64,000 nucleotides of DNA. Source: a virus. Lineage: Duplodnaviria; Heunggongvirae; Uroviricota; Caudoviricetes. The DNA lies in IMG/VR virus record IMGVR_UViG_3300037461_000469, positions 29,752 through 93,751 of that record; one strand, written 5' to 3'. The notes below the pieces were generated by a model. That model did no database searches. It was not told the origin of the DNA and saw only the letters and a list, made by a program, of their open reading frames with translations. The position numbers and the translations under genes were made by a program. Shown one piece after another: positions 26,571 through 36,176 of the stretch. Every line of letters starts with the position of its first letter. Position 1 is the stretch's first letter.

Positions 26571-28493
26571 ATGGCTAAAATAGCAACAAAAGTTCGCGCA
26601 CCTTTGCCGACATTGACCGCCGATGAACTGAAAACTTTCTACGAGTGTTCTCAGGACATTTTGAAGTTCATCGAACACGTTAAAATCTACAACCCTGCAA
26701 GGGGAACATTACTCCTGTCCGATGTCATCTACCCGAAGCAGAAAAAGATACTTGTGGACTTGCAGAATAATTGGAAGAACAAGTACGTTGTCTTGCTCTC
26801 CCCTCGTCAGTCTTCGAAGACCACGCTCGTTCTAGTGTTCATCCTGTGGCTCATTACCTTCACGTCCTCATCCAACATCGGCATCCTTGCGAACAAGAAG
26901 GATAACGCAAGAAAGATATTCCGCAGATTCAGCGGGATGTACGAGAAACTTCCTGATATGTTCAGGCTGTCAAGTTCGACAAGCGACAGCAAGTTCGAAT
27001 TGGAGTTGGAAGACGGAACCATCGTGTTCTGCGCCGCAACGAGCAAGTCGGGCTTGCGTTCGGAATCCTTGACGCTCCTGTACTTGGACGAATTTGCGTG
27101 GTTGCCTACGCCTGAATTGCAGAGCGAGTTTTGGACTTCGAACTACCCCATCATGCAATCGATGGACGGCGGCTTGATTGTCAGTTCGACCCCGAACGGC
27201 AAAGAACTCTTCTACGACCTGTGGCGCAAGACGCAGAAAACTCTCAAAGGTGAACCGAATCCGGCCTACGACCCGAAGTGGATTTTGGAGCAGATTCATT
27301 GGAAGGACGTTGACCCTAGAGGCAAGGGTAGGGATGCCAAGTGGAAAGAGCAAACCATCCGAGACCTTGCCGTTGGCGGCAAGAACGGAGAGGAACGCTT
27401 CGCTCAGGAATTTGACAACTCGTTTGAGATTCAGGCGGGTGTTGCCCGATTCTTCAATCCTGACGTAATCGCTAGGTTCCAATACCAACCGCCTCTGTTC
27501 GAATGGGTTCCTAACAAGAACTACACAGGCGAACCGATGAAGATTTACGATACTGTCGGGGACCAGTCGTTTTTGGTCGGCATTGACATTTCCGAAGGCA
27601 AGGGGCTTAACTTTTCTACCGTGATAGGCCTATCCGTGCGCAAGGTAAAACTTCAGGGAGAGACAAGCCTAGAGACGTTCGCAGTTAAGCAAGCATTTCA
27701 GTTTATGCACGCGAACACCTTGCCCGATGACTTCTTTAACTTCCTGTTCATCTTCTTACTGACCCAATTGAATGACAAGTGGTTCCTGATTTTTGAATTG
27801 AACGATGTCGGACGCACGTTCTCAGTCCGTTTCGAAAACTTGATTGAGGAAATCACCACTAACGAGTTTTCCAAGAAGAACGATATGTTCAAGCAGTTCT
27901 TGGTGGATAAGTTTTCAGGGGACAACGAGAAGATGGTCAACTACCTAGTGAGACGGGTATTTCGTTCTCTAGGTGGTGCGAAGAGACGTGGTTATATCCC
28001 GTGGGGATTTAAGTCCGACAGGAAGAACAATATCGACCTAAAGAACAACTTGAAGACAGTTGTAGATAAGGGGATGGTGTCTGTCGTGGACGAGTTCTTG
28101 CTTGAAGAGATGCGGTTGTTTGAAGATAAGAAAGGCAAGGAGAATATCACCCACTCACGCTACGATGGCACGAGCCACTTTGACCTGATTACGGCCTTGA
28201 AGTTCGCAACGTGGATGATGTCGGACAGGAGCCGAATGAAGGATGTCATGGCTATCTCCCCTCTTATCGATTCTAACCAATCTAGGGAACAGCAGTACTT
28301 GGAAGCCGTCCTAGGGGCAAACATTTCCAGGAACGCCCATGAATCCTTCCGTAAGCAGATGCAGAGAGAAAATATGGAACAGTTGAAGACAGAAGGAGAG
28401 GTTCCTCTTTCGTACAACGAAATCAGCATCAAGGATATGGGAGATGTTACTTCGATGTGGAAACCCTTCGGACGCATCACTAGAAAACGATAA
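26571..28493 (+). CDS. terL: terminase large subunit
   Basis: Walker A LLSPRQSSKTT, Walker B LLYLDEFAW, and a C-terminal nuclease-like region. Confidence 0.75.
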   Translation: MAKIATKVRAPLPTLTADELKTFYECSQDILKFIEHVKIYNPARGTLLLSDVIYPKQKKILVDLQNNWKNKYVVLLSPRQSSKTTLVLVFILWLITFTSSSNIGILANKKDNARKIFRRFSGMYEKLPDMFRLSSSTSDSKFELELEDGTIVFCAATSKSGLRSESLTLLYLDEFAWLPTPELQSEFWTSNYPIMQSMDGGLIVSSTPNGKELFYDLWRKTQKTLKGEPNPAYDPKWILEQIHWKDVDPRGKGRDAKWKEQTIRDLAVGGKNGEERFAQEFDNSFEIQAGVARFFNPDVIARFQYQPPLFEWVPNKNYTGEPMKIYDTVGDQSFLVGIDISEGKGLNFSTVIGLSVRKVKLQGETSLETFAVKQAFQFMHANTLPDDFFNFLFIFLLTQLNDKWFLIFELNDVGRTFSVRFENLIEEITTNEFSKKNDMFKQFLVDKFSGDNEKMVNYLVRRVFRSLGGAKRRGYIPWGFKSDRKNNIDLKNNLKTVVDKGMVSVVDEFLLEEMRLFEDKKGKENITHSRYDGTSHFDLITALKFATWMMSDRSRMKDVMAISPLIDSNQSREQQYLEAVLGANISRNAHESFRKQMQRENMEQLKTEGEVPLSYNEISIKDMGDVTSMWKPFGRITRKR

Positions 28494-28499
28494 ATACTA

Positions 28500-29195
28500 G
28501 TGATGAAGTTCAAAATTAGGGATGCTCAGGAAATTCAGGATGATGTCATTAATTTGGCGGCAGACATCTACGAAAAATACAAAATAACGATGTGGATGGA
28601 ATACGATGATTGGGAAAAGCAACTCGTAATCGACAAGATAGAAAAACGGGACAAGCAAAAAGACAGCCGGGGCTATTGGGCTTTGAAGGAAGTCGTGAAA
28701 TTCGCTGACGATAACCACATCAAAATTAACATCATCGCCTCACCATCCTACGGTACTTCGTTGGATAAATTACTAGACTTGTATCAGAGTTTCGGGTTTA
28801 AGAAAGTAGGGGATATCCCTGGCGGTGATGTGTTGATGATAAGGGAGCCGAAAAATATAGTGGAGGGTGTTAATATGAAACTTACTAGAGAAGATATTTA
28901 TAAGTATGGCACGAAAGAAGAAATTCAATTTCTTTTGGAGGCCATTATGCCAGGCAATTTTGTCAAGTCGATGATGAACTTTAAAAATTATTTAGATTCG
29001 CCGCAAGGCAAAGAGGCCAAGGCTCAATATCAGAATTTACTCAATCAGATAATCGAACTACAAAAAAAAGGTAGTACGGGAATCGTGCAATATATCAGGG
29101 ACAACCAAAAGCCTGTAGGGGATTTTATAACCTTTGTCGATTTACTACTGAAGGGGAAAAGACCGCCTGAACCTGTTCTTATCCCTTTACCTTGA
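28500..29195 (+). CDS. hypothetical protein
   Basis: ORF. Confidence 0.5.
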   Translation: MMKFKIRDAQEIQDDVINLAADIYEKYKITMWMEYDDWEKQLVIDKIEKRDKQKDSRGYWALKEVVKFADDNHIKINIIASPSYGTSLDKLLDLYQSFGFKKVGDIPGGDVLMIREPKNIVEGVNMKLTREDIYKYGTKEEIQFLLEAIMPGNFVKSMMNFKNYLDSPQGKEAKAQYQNLLNQIIELQKKGSTGIVQYIRDNQKPVGDFITFVDLLLKGKRPPEPVLIPLP

Positions 29196-29358
29196 ACATA
29201 TCATCGGCTAGTAGATTAGCACCCGCAATAGCCGTTCGGAAAGAGCGGACAATCATCCAATCCTGAATTTTTCTATTTTCAATACGGTTCAGTAAAAATT
29301 CCCAAATTAAGGCCTCGCCCATCAGCGACCAGCCCCAAACAAAATTGATAACTTTCAT
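29188..29358 (-). CDS. small hypothetical protein (56 aa)
   Basis: Hand-translated ORF immediately downstream of consensus promoter 29364..29392. Confidence 0.35.
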
Positions 29359-29363
29359 GTCTT

Positions 29364-29392
29364 AATTATATCACAAAAAACTACATTTGTAA
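29364..29392 (-). promoter_or_regulatory. sigma70-type promoter, TTTACA-N17-TGtgaTATAAT
   Basis: Embedded in the 3' end of the radical SAM gene. Confidence 0.55.
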
Positions 29393-30556
29393 AGCCCTTG
29401 GCGGTGGGCAATTTTTCTTCTCTAGTCGGAACTTTTTAACGGTTGCAAACTTTCTTGCGTTGTCTAGAAATTCTTCCTTGGTGTGTCCAATCCAATTAAA
29501 AATGTTGTGGCTCGTGGTTACAGGCAGAAAGCCGTGCATGAAGGTGTAGAGGCGCACCATTCCCGTTACCAAGTCCTTGTCCCACTTTGACCCGATGTAG
29601 TTGTTACGGGTCAGAGCATCTAGCGGTTCGAACCTCTGCGGGAACAGGAATATCGTGCGCCCTACCTTGTCCGTCATTTCCTGAGCCATCACAATACGCT
29701 TCCAAAAATCATCAGGGCTGTCAACCCAATTGAAAAGCATATAACAGAAGAATCCCGCCTTGATTTGGTGCTTCTCAGCGAGTTTCAAAGCCCTCAGAAT
29801 GTGTGCCTGATATCCCACGAAATCGAACGAAAATCTCATGTAGGCCGTTCCTGCCTCGTGCTGTGCGCCCCACTTCAATCGGGCGAACCTTTCGGCCTGA
29901 TGGTCGGTGAAGGATGAAACGTGAAGGCCGTGAATGTCAATCGGCAAGCCGTACTCTTCCAATTCATCGCAGATTTTGTCGAAGTACTGATGCTCCGTGA
30001 AGTTGTTGTCGTAGAGGACAATGCCTGACGGGTCTTTGATTTCCTTCAATCCGTTGTCGAGCATCGGCCTGATGGACGGGAACGAGCGCATACACCCCTC
30101 TAGTTTTGAAACGGCGCAGTACTTGCAAGCGTTCGTGCAACCACGGCTTGCGTAGCCGACAATCTTCTTCGACCACGGTGCGATGGAGTACTTCAGCGGC
30201 AAGTCTTCAATTTCGGGATAGATGCCCTCGTGGATTTCGGCAAAAGATAAATTCTCCTTGAACCACTGGGGATTCAGGGTTGGAAATGCGCCGCCTACTA
30301 GGAACCGAGCCTTGGGAAAAAGGTTCTTGTAGTGAACTAGGGTTTCCCGATACTCCTTGCTGTAGAACGAGAAAATGCAACTCATTACAACAAGGTCGGG
30401 AGTTATTTTCGGATTAATCCGCTTGCCGTTTTCGTCCTTCCATCCCGTGATGTACCTGAAGGTGTGATGATGCTTCTCAGCCCATGTAGCGAACTTTAAC
30501 ATCGCTAGATTCGGGGCGATACGCTTCACATCGGCTTCAACTAGTAGAATGTGCAT
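29381..30556 (-). CDS. radical SAM domain protein
   Basis: CxxxCxxC motif GCTNACKYCA. Confidence 0.6.
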   Translation of the reverse strand: MHILLVEADVKRIAPNLAMLKFATWAEKHHHTFRYITGWKDENGKRINPKITPDLVVMSCIFSFYSKEYRETLVHYKNLFPKARFLVGGAFPTLNPQWFKENLSFAEIHEGIYPEIEDLPLKYSIAPWSKKIVGYASRGCTNACKYCAVSKLEGCMRSFPSIRPMLDNGLKEIKDPSGIVLYDNNFTEHQYFDKICDELEEYGLPIDIHGLHVSSFTDHQAERFARLKWGAQHEAGTAYMRFSFDFVGYQAHILRALKLAEKHQIKAGFFCYMLFNWVDSPDDFWKRIVMAQEMTDKVGRTIFLFPQRFEPLDALTRNNYIGSKWDKDLVTGMVRLYTFMHGFLPVTTSHNIFNWIGHTKEEFLDNARKFATVKKFRLEKKNCPPPRALQM

Positions 30557-30578
30557 ACCTTAATTATACCACAGTTCG

Positions 30579-31124
30579 TTACTGATTCGTGGCTGACCAA
30601 ATCTTAGCGAGTGAGACGAATTTATCTCCCCACGCATTATTAGGGATGATGAAGTGAAAAAGGTCATTCCTGTTGACGTTGCCGTTGCAAGCCGTCCTTT
30701 TCTTCTGACCACCCGCCCAAATGATTTGCTTGGGATGTTGTGAAGCGAACGACATGAAATCTTTCTTGGAAATCTGCCGAATATCGATGTATTCGGGATA
30801 GATGCAGACAAACACTAAGGTGTCGTAGTCTTGTGTTTGGCGAATTTGGAAGAACGTCAGCGAGAAATTTCCCTGCTTGTTCTTGTTCGTCCTTGTTGCC
30901 ATCTTGACTTCGACCCGTTGCCTTCCGACCTTGACATCGTAATCGGTAGAGTCCGATTTTTGATGTTTGATACCTTGGTCATCTAGGAAGGCGATGTAGG
31001 TTCTCTCTCCGAACACCCCTTTTTTCTTCGGGGTCATTGTCCGCACAGGGAGAAATTCCGACTTCGCCCAATCGCCGCCGAGTTTGCTCAACCCATCCAT
31101 AATTTCCATTATTTTTTCTTTCAT
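30579..31124 (-). CDS. hypothetical protein (possible PD-(D/E)xK nuclease fold)
   Basis: D...EVK arrangement (DYDVKVGRQRVEVKMA); weak call. Confidence 0.35.
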   Translation of the reverse strand: MKEKIMEIMDGLSKLGGDWAKSEFLPVRTMTPKKKGVFGERTYIAFLDDQGIKHQKSDSTDYDVKVGRQRVEVKMATRTNKNKQGNFSLTFFQIRQTQDYDTLVFVCIYPEYIDIRQISKKDFMSFASQHPKQIIWAGGQKKRTACNGNVNRNDLFHFIIPNNAWGDKFVSLAKIWSATNQ

Positions 31125-31130
31125 GCTTGT

Positions 31131-31159
31131 CTTATACCATAAAAATTTTCATTTGTCAA
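31131..31159 (-). promoter_or_regulatory. sigma70-type promoter, TTGACA-N17-TATAAG
   Basis: Consensus -35 and near-consensus -10. Confidence 0.55.
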
Positions 31160-31460
31160 GTGTTTCTAATTTATCGGGGTACATCCAACCAAAACAAACG
31201 TAAGGATGAATTGACGGTAAAACAAATTCACTTTGACACCATACTTCAGTTGCCCCTGTTTGTTTACACAAATGGTGATTTTTACACTTCAAGTAAACAC
31301 AGGATTTATTTTTAATTTCTTCTTCGATATCTTCATTGTGCAACGTTGCCCACAATGTAACCTTGCGCAAAAGTTTGTCCCTCTGCGCATCTGTTAGGGG
31401 TTTAAAAAGCAAAGGGGCTTCCGAATTGGAAGCCCCCTGCGAAATCTTTTTTTGGCTCAC
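31149..31460 (-). CDS. hypothetical protein
   Basis: ORF. Confidence 0.45.
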   Translation of the reverse strand: MSQKKISQGASNSEAPLLFKPLTDAQRDKLLRKVTLWATLHNEDIEEEIKNKSCVYLKCKNHHLCKQTGATEVWCQSEFVLPSIHPYVCFGWMYPDKLETLDK

Positions 31461-31463
31461 GCC

Positions 31464-32426
31464 TTACTTCTGAAAATCCTTCAACGAATAAACCATCGGC
31501 ATCCCGACTTGACTTGAACTTGTCGGCACGAAGACGAAGGTGGAGTTCTTGGAGTGAGCAACGTCCTTCATCATCTGAATGGCCTCAAACTGCAAGTACT
31601 GCGGGGTCAAGGTCTGATGAATAATGTCCTGAGCCTTCGCAATACCTTCGGCGTTCTTAATACGAATCTTGGCATCCATTTCGGACTTTTTCAACTCGTA
31701 CTCCTTGGCCTGAAGTTGCTGTTGCTGTTCAAGTTTCATACCGATAGCGGCAGTAACCCTTTGGTCTTCGGGAACTACGTTCCGAATCATAACCGTGTCG
31801 ATGACTACACCCTTGTCGTGTGTCAGTTTAATCAGGATTTCGTCAATCTTTTTTGTCAATTCGGTACGACCTTTTACAGACGTAATCTCTTCAAAGGTGT
31901 AATAAACCGAAGCGTCCCTGACGGCTGAACGAATTGCGGGGAACGTAATCATATCGTCAATATCGCTCTCCGTTGCGGAAATATCACGCCGAATCATCTT
32001 CACTTGATTTTTAAGAATCTTCCACCAAATCGTAGCGTCAACCTTGACCGCCAACTTGTCGGAAGTCAATGCCTGAAGATAGTTGCCGTCCTTAATATCC
32101 ATCGTGGTCTCCCGCAACTGCACATTGTACGTAACGGTGGACGCAAACGGACTCTTAAAGTTGATACCCTCTGTCAGCACATTATCGAGTACCTTACCGA
32201 ACATGATTTGGACTTTAACCTCACTCGCATCGACTGTAGTGATACAGCGAGACAGAAAACCAAGCCCAAATACAATGAGCATACACAGACCAACGAAAGA
32301 CCCTATGCGTCCCGCATTGGCTGATTCCTCATCATGCCCCTTGATTGCCACGGCGCGAACGCCCTTGCCAATCCACATAACAACAAGACCTATGACCGCT
32401 AAGGCCAATACAACAATACCGCCCAT
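31464..32426 (-). CDS. SPFH/Band-7 (prohibitin/HflC-like) membrane protein
   Basis: N-terminal TM segment, SPFH core, and a coiled-coil (QQQQLQAKEYELKK...). Confidence 0.6.
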   Translation of the reverse strand: MGGIVVLALAVIGLVVMWIGKGVRAVAIKGHDEESANAGRIGSFVGLCMLIVFGLGFLSRCITTVDASEVKVQIMFGKVLDNVLTEGINFKSPFASTVTYNVQLRETTMDIKDGNYLQALTSDKLAVKVDATIWWKILKNQVKMIRRDISATESDIDDMITFPAIRSAVRDASVYYTFEEITSVKGRTELTKKIDEILIKLTHDKGVVIDTVMIRNVVPEDQRVTAAIGMKLEQQQQLQAKEYELKKSEMDAKIRIKNAEGIAKAQDIIHQTLTPQYLQFEAIQMMKDVAHSKNSTFVFVPTSSSQVGMPMVYSLKDFQK

Positions 32427-32502
32427 TCTTTGAGCCTCCTTCGCTCTTACTTTAATTATACCACAGGGTGTTGCATTTTTGGTTTTGTGGCACGAAAAAC
32501 AA

Positions 32503-32578
32503 TGGCGGGCCAGGAGGGAGTTGAACCCCCAGTCTCAGATTTGGAGTCTGATGGTTTATCCAATTAACCGACTGACCC
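32503..32578 (-). tRNA. tRNA-Trp(CCA)
   Basis: Hand-folded cloverleaf: acceptor GGGTCAG/CTGGCCC, anticodon loop CTCCAAA, T-loop TTCAACT, CCA encoded. Confidence 0.75.
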
Positions 32579-32579
32579 G

Positions 32580-32666
32580 TGGTGCTAAGGGTGGGATTCG
32601 AACCCACAATCCGTTGCCGGCTACGGCTTTTGAGACCGCATTGAATACCAGTTCCAGCACCTTAGC
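32580..32666 (-). tRNA. tRNA-Leu(CAA), type II
   Basis: Acceptor GCTAAGG/CCTTAGC, AC loop CTCAAAA, long variable arm, T-loop TTCGAAT, CCA encoded. Confidence 0.75.
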
Positions 32667-32667
32667 A

Positions 32668-33450
32668 TTATTTCATTTCAGCAGTAGCCTGTATCACACA
32701 ATTATTAAGAAACTCTCTATCTTGGGTAAAAGTAGGAGCGTGTGCAGTTGCCCATTTGCTACGGCTTACATCATTGATAAGGGTGTGAACTTTGATAATC
32801 ATTCTACCCCTCTTGTACTTGGGGGCGTAGTCGTTCCAATTCTGCCCCTTCTGAAAAATCATTTCCTGAAGTTCTGTCGTGTTCTTGCCGTTCATTTCCT
32901 TGTGCGAGTAGAGAGATTGTGCAACCGAAAGGATACTGTTGCGAACACAGTCCTGTTGTCTCCAAATGAAGTAGTTTTGTACCTCGTCCCACTCAGGGAT
33001 TTGAAATACCCTGCTGTCGAACTCACCCCACTTCATGTTACGAGTGCAGGACTCAATTGTGTGTGGGCCTTCCTCGTAAGCAAACCTTTTCAGCCTAGCC
33101 TCATTGAATGCCCTCGTTGCCATACTTGCCGACACGCTTGCCATCTTCTGAATGTTGTTGTCGAACCAAGCATCCGTTGTGAGTTTGTCGAAGTCCATGA
33201 GAAGAATAGAAATCTCATCGGACTGCACGTAGGCGAACTTGGCTCCCTGAATGTTCTTGCAGAGGTCGGCCGCAGTTGCGTCCATGTCCTCAATAAATCC
33301 ATCATCGAACGGACGAGTCAGCCCACGCGTGTACGTGTGGAAAGCCTTCCCGTCAATTCGGATAATGGTGTGCGTTCTACGGGGCAGACAAATTCGTGTT
33401 CTGTCCTCGTAGTTCGATTTCATCCTATTTCCGATGTCATCTTTCTTCAT
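32668..33450 (-). CDS. Thg1-like protein (tRNA-His guanylyltransferase family 3'-5' polymerase)
   Basis: IIRIDGKAFH...AYVQSDEISILL and WRQQDC motifs match the Thg1/TLP family; the gene sits between two tRNA-Leu genes. Confidence 0.7.
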   Translation of the reverse strand: MKKDDIGNRMKSNYEDRTRICLPRRTHTIIRIDGKAFHTYTRGLTRPFDDGFIEDMDATAADLCKNIQGAKFAYVQSDEISILLMDFDKLTTDAWFDNNIQKMASVSASMATRAFNEARLKRFAYEEGPHTIESCTRNMKWGEFDSRVFQIPEWDEVQNYFIWRQQDCVRNSILSVAQSLYSHKEMNGKNTTELQEMIFQKGQNWNDYAPKYKRGRMIIKVHTLINDVSRSKWATAHAPTFTQDREFLNNCVIQATAEMK

Positions 33451-33495
33451 TTTATCCTCACTAAAATTAAATACTTGGTGCTAGCGAAGGGATTC

Positions 33496-33582
33496 GAACC
33501 CCCAATCCTTTTCAGGCCGTGCGTTCTAAGCGCACGATGAATACCAGTTCCAACACGCTAGCAAATGGGGTGAATGGAGAGA
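33496..33582 (-). tRNA. tRNA-Leu(TAG), type II
   Basis: Acceptor GCTAGCG, AC stem GTGCG/CGCAC with loop CTTAGAA, CCA encoded. Confidence 0.75.
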
Positions 33583-33585
33583 TTC

Positions 33586-33663
33586 GAACTCTCGACTAGT
33601 GCGTTCACAGCGCACCGCCTTTGGCCTCTAGGCGACATCCACCATAAAAGTTAAAAATTGGGT
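33586..33663 (-). tRNA. tRNA-His(GTG) with genomically encoded G-1
   Basis: AC loop CTGTGAA; extra 5' G pairing with C73; CCA encoded. Confidence 0.75.
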
Positions 33664-33677
33664 GAGCGGGACTTGCA

Positions 33678-33749
33678 CCCGCAACTCGTAGTTTCCGATA
33701 CTACGCGTCTTCTATTGACTTACCACCCACTACAATTCAATGGTTGGGA
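33678..33749 (-). tRNA. tRNA-Pro(CGG), non-canonical subfamily (U1:A72, D-loop AATAGAA, T-loop TGCAAGT)
   Basis: AC stem GTAGT/ACTAC with loop ATCGGAA; T-stem GCGGG/CCCGC. Confidence 0.5.
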
Positions 33750-33760
33750 ATGGGAGATTC

Positions 33761-33836
33761 GAACTCCCAAATTCTTGCGTCCAAGGCAAGCGACTTAACC
33801 GTTAGTCTAATTCCCAATACAGCCGTTGATGGTACT
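33761..33836 (-). tRNA. tRNA-Pro(TGG) (U1:A72)
   Basis: AC CTTGC-CTTGGAC-GCAAG; T-loop TTCGAAT; CCA encoded. Confidence 0.7.
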
Positions 33837-33839
33837 GCC

Positions 33840-33910
33840 CCACCGCCTCACGGTTCAGAGCCGTGTGTAATGCTATTTTACTAAACGGCTAAAAGCACCC
33901 CTGAGAGGAA
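33840..33910 (-). tRNA. tRNA-Gln(CTG), compact non-canonical subfamily (T-loop GGCAGTA)
   Basis: AGCCGTT|TA|GTAA-AATAGCA-TTAC|A|CACGG-CTCTGAA-CCGTG|AGGC|GGTGG-GGCAGTA-CCATC|AACGGCT. Confidence 0.5.
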
Positions 33911-33915
33911 TTGAA

Positions 33916-33987
33916 CCTCTACTGTAGGTTTAGGAAACCTGTGCGCTATCCGTTACACCACAGGGGCTTAAAAACGACAGGTCATAC
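33916..33987 (-). tRNA. tRNA-Arg(CCT) (G1:U72, no CCA)
   Basis: AC CAGGT-TTCCTAA-ACCTA, T-loop TTCAATT. Confidence 0.65.
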
Positions 33988-33992
33988 GACAA

Positions 33993-34108
33993 GGTGAGAA
34001 CACTTCGGGTGCGACCCGACCATCGTAAAGTCTTTAAACTAACCACGTGAACTCGCATCTCACCATTAGGGGAAATTGCGTGTCTAGTTCCACGCCGCTG
34101 TCGTTAAA
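33993..34108 (-). ncRNA. structured RNA element S1 (tRNA-like 5' domain plus expanded body; unknown function)
   Basis: Termini AACGACAG / CTGTCGTT are complementary; the internal conserved block CCACGCCGCTG is shared with S2 and S3. Confidence 0.45.
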
Positions 34109-34116
34109 TAGTGCAG

Positions 34117-34186
34117 GGCTGCTCCGATTCGAACAGAGATAAATGGGTTCAAAGCCCATCACCCTAACCATTGGGTTACAGCCCTA
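34117..34186 (-). tRNA. tRNA-Gln(TTG) (A1:U72)
   Basis: D-stem ACCC/GGGT, AC ATGGG-CTTTGAA-CCCAT, T-loop TTCGAAT; short variable loop. Confidence 0.6.
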
Positions 34187-34190
34187 TACG

Positions 34191-34262
34191 CATCCCCGAA
34201 GGGAATTGAACCCCTACTAAGGGTTTAGAAGACCCTTGCGCTATCCGTTACACCACGGGGAC
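34191..34262 (-). tRNA. tRNA-Arg(TCT)
   Basis: AC AGGGT-CTTCTAA-ACCCT; paralog of the Arg(CCT) gene. Confidence 0.7.
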
Positions 34263-34300
34263 ATAAAATTGCTTGTAGAAGAAGGGAGCCTTTCGGCCCC

Positions 34301-34645
34301 CTATTCAACACCTAGAACGTTTTTCAGCCTTGCCTTGTTGATGAATAAACTGTAGTCGTGCCAATTTGCGAAAATGGTTGCTTCCTCTAACATCACCGCT
34401 TCCACCTCTCCGTCTGATAACCCTCTGTCTTCCCATTCATCGCAACCACTACAACTCCCGTAGGAGTAGTTGTAACTGAACACCCGGCCGTCCCCCAACA
34501 ATACGTCTACGTCTACGTGGCCTTGGTAGTCATCCTCGTAGTCTGCCCTCAACAATTTCATGGCTCCCAGTTTGTCCAACACACTTTGCAAGTTGTCTGC
34601 GTAACGTCCCATGTGGCTTACTTCTACTTTGTTTTGTTCTGACAT
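34301..34645 (-). CDS. hypothetical acidic protein
   Basis: ORF within the tRNA island. Confidence 0.45.
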   Translation of the reverse strand: MSEQNKVEVSHMGRYADNLQSVLDKLGAMKLLRADYEDDYQGHVDVDVLLGDGRVFSYNYSYGSCSGCDEWEDRGLSDGEVEAVMLEEATIFANWHDYSLFINKARLKNVLGVE

Positions 34646-34705
34646 TTTGCACCTCCAAATGCCTTAGTGATGCTTCTTCGTATCAGAACATTAAAATTGC
34701 TAAAT

Positions 34706-34793
34706 TGGCGATGGGTGAAGGAGTTGAACCTCCGCTACTGTTACGTAGGCTTCGGTTTAGCAAACCGACACATTACCGCTCTGTCAACCCACC
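34706..34793 (-). tRNA. tRNA-Ser(GCT), type II
   Basis: AC TCGGT-TTGCTAA-ACCGA; long variable arm; CCA encoded. Confidence 0.7.
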
Positions 34794-35120
34794 CTATTTT
34801 TTCTTAGTCCACACGAACCCTAAAAGCAAACGATGTATTTTCCTATGAAACCAATTGGGAATTTTTCCATTCGGGGGTTCAACAGTTATACAACCACCAA
34901 ATAAAGAACAATGCCAATCCCCTGGCGAAGTGGTTACTGTATAAATGGGCATATAAGGGGAGTTCAAGATTTTTTCATCAGAGGACTTGGTAAAATGACA
35001 CCCCTTACAACAATCAAAAACTTCTTGGTTAGAAAAATGAATATCATATTCGGGACAACTTGAATGTAAAATATTTTTCAATTTTGTTTTTTTAGTAAGA
35101 GGACACTTTTTACTAATCAT
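34794..35120 (-). CDS. MIPKxCPL paralog family member 5
   Basis: MISKKCPLTKKTKLKNILHSSC N-terminus; its stop abuts the 5' end of tRNA-Ser. Confidence 0.5.
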   Translation of the reverse strand: MISKKCPLTKKTKLKNILHSSCPEYDIHFSNQEVFDCCKGCHFTKSSDEKILNSPYMPIYTVTTSPGDWHCSLFGGCITVEPPNGKIPNWFHRKIHRLLLGFVWTKKK

Positions 35121-35158
35121 TTATTATCCTGTTTATATTATATCATATTTTGTTTTTT

Positions 35159-35241
35159 CGGAAAGAGCAAGATTCGAACTTGCGGGTCTTTCGACCTTCC
35201 GCTTTCCAAGCGGATGCAATAGACCGCTCTGCCATCTCTCC
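35159..35241 (-). tRNA. tRNA-Ser(GGA), type II
   Basis: AC TCCGC-TTGGAAA-GCGGA; T-arm GCAAG-TTCGAAT-CTTGC. Confidence 0.7.
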
Positions 35242-35244
35242 ATT

Positions 35245-35339
35245 TGGCGGGAAGAAAGGGATTCGAACCCCTGAAGGATGGTATTAGCACCCTTGTCTGC
35301 TTTCAAGGCAGATGCATTAAACCGCTCTGCCATCTTCCC
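35245..35339 (-). tRNA. tRNA-Ser(TGA), type II with very long variable arm
   Basis: AC TCTGC-CTTGAAA-GCAGA; CCA encoded. Confidence 0.65.
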
Positions 35340-35349
35340 GTAATAAAAA

Positions 35350-35420
35350 TGCCCAATGATGGTTACGCTCCACCGCCTCGTCTTTGTAGGAGACATATTC
35401 TACTATTAAACTAATCGGGC
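35350..35420 (-). tRNA. tRNA-Val(TAC), compact non-canonical subfamily (C33; T-loop AGCGTAA)
   Basis: GCCCGAT|TA|GTTT-AATAGTA-GAAT|A|TGTCT-CCTACAA-AGACG|AGGC|GGTGG-AGCGTAA-CCATC|ATTGGGC. Confidence 0.45.
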
Positions 35421-35427
35421 ATACAAG

Positions 35428-35499
35428 TACCCCCCAAGGGAATCGAACCCCTGTCTCCTCGTTCGTAGCAAGGTGTTCTATCCGTTGAACTAGGAGGGC
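35428..35499 (-). tRNA. tRNA-Arg(ACG)
   Basis: AC CCTTG-CTACGAA-CGAGG; G1:U72; T-loop TTCGATT. Confidence 0.7.
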
Positions 35500-36147
35500 T
35501 TATTTTTCGTAAAACATAGGACTAGGATAATGATGCAACATGAACTGATTCTGCACAGTCGAATGTGTCGGATAGTTGTAGCATATATGGGGGTTGATAC
35601 AATACACGTTCATTCCCTTTTGTAAGTCCCTGAGTAATGCATCGAACGGGGCAGGGAACCTGTCATACATAACGATAATTCTGTCGTAAATTCTCTTGTT
35701 GATGATTACGCCGTGTACGCCGAAAGCGGATATTACTTTGTACACGTTCTTACAGATTCGTACAGGCCTGTAGCCGTCTTGGTCTGTATGCGCACCCGCA
35801 AGATACAACATATCCCAATCCTTCGGAACTGCTTCTAGAAAGCCTTCCAAATGCTCGTTGAAATCATCCACGAGAATCAAATCATCTTCAAACAAGGCAA
35901 CTGCTCTAGAGTGATAATACTTGCGTATAATTCGCTTGTATGATTCCAAACACCCGAAGGCATTTAGGCCGTGGCGGGTGATGTCTTCGGCGGGATACAT
36001 ATGTTCTACGTCTTTCCCCGCAATTGCGGGAAAAAGTTCAGCCGTGATTCCCAACTTGTTAAATTGGATGTTCATATGATTTGTCTTGAACTCGTTTAGG
36101 CTGAGTAGAACAACGTTATCAACGATTGTGTGTAAAATGCTTTTCAT
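35500..36147 (-). CDS. glycosyltransferase family 25-like protein
   Basis: N-terminus VLLSLNEFKTNHMNIQFNKLGITAELFPAIAGKD resembles the GT25 start. Confidence 0.45.
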   Translation of the reverse strand: MKSILHTIVDNVVLLSLNEFKTNHMNIQFNKLGITAELFPAIAGKDVEHMYPAEDITRHGLNAFGCLESYKRIIRKYYHSRAVALFEDDLILVDDFNEHLEGFLEAVPKDWDMLYLAGAHTDQDGYRPVRICKNVYKVISAFGVHGVIINKRIYDRIIVMYDRFPAPFDALLRDLQKGMNVYCINPHICYNYPTHSTVQNQFMLHHYPSPMFYEK

Positions 36148-36176
36148 TCTTGCTCCCCTATTATTTAGGGGAAAAG

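Noticed and set aside
34141-34172. Possible plus-strand tRNA 3' half (ATGGG-TTCAAAG-CCCAT followed by CACCCTA-A-CCA)
   Set aside because: The same hairpin is better explained as the anticodon arm (anticodon TTG) of a complete minus-strand tRNA-Gln, 34117..34186. No matching 5' acceptor strand exists on the plus strand.
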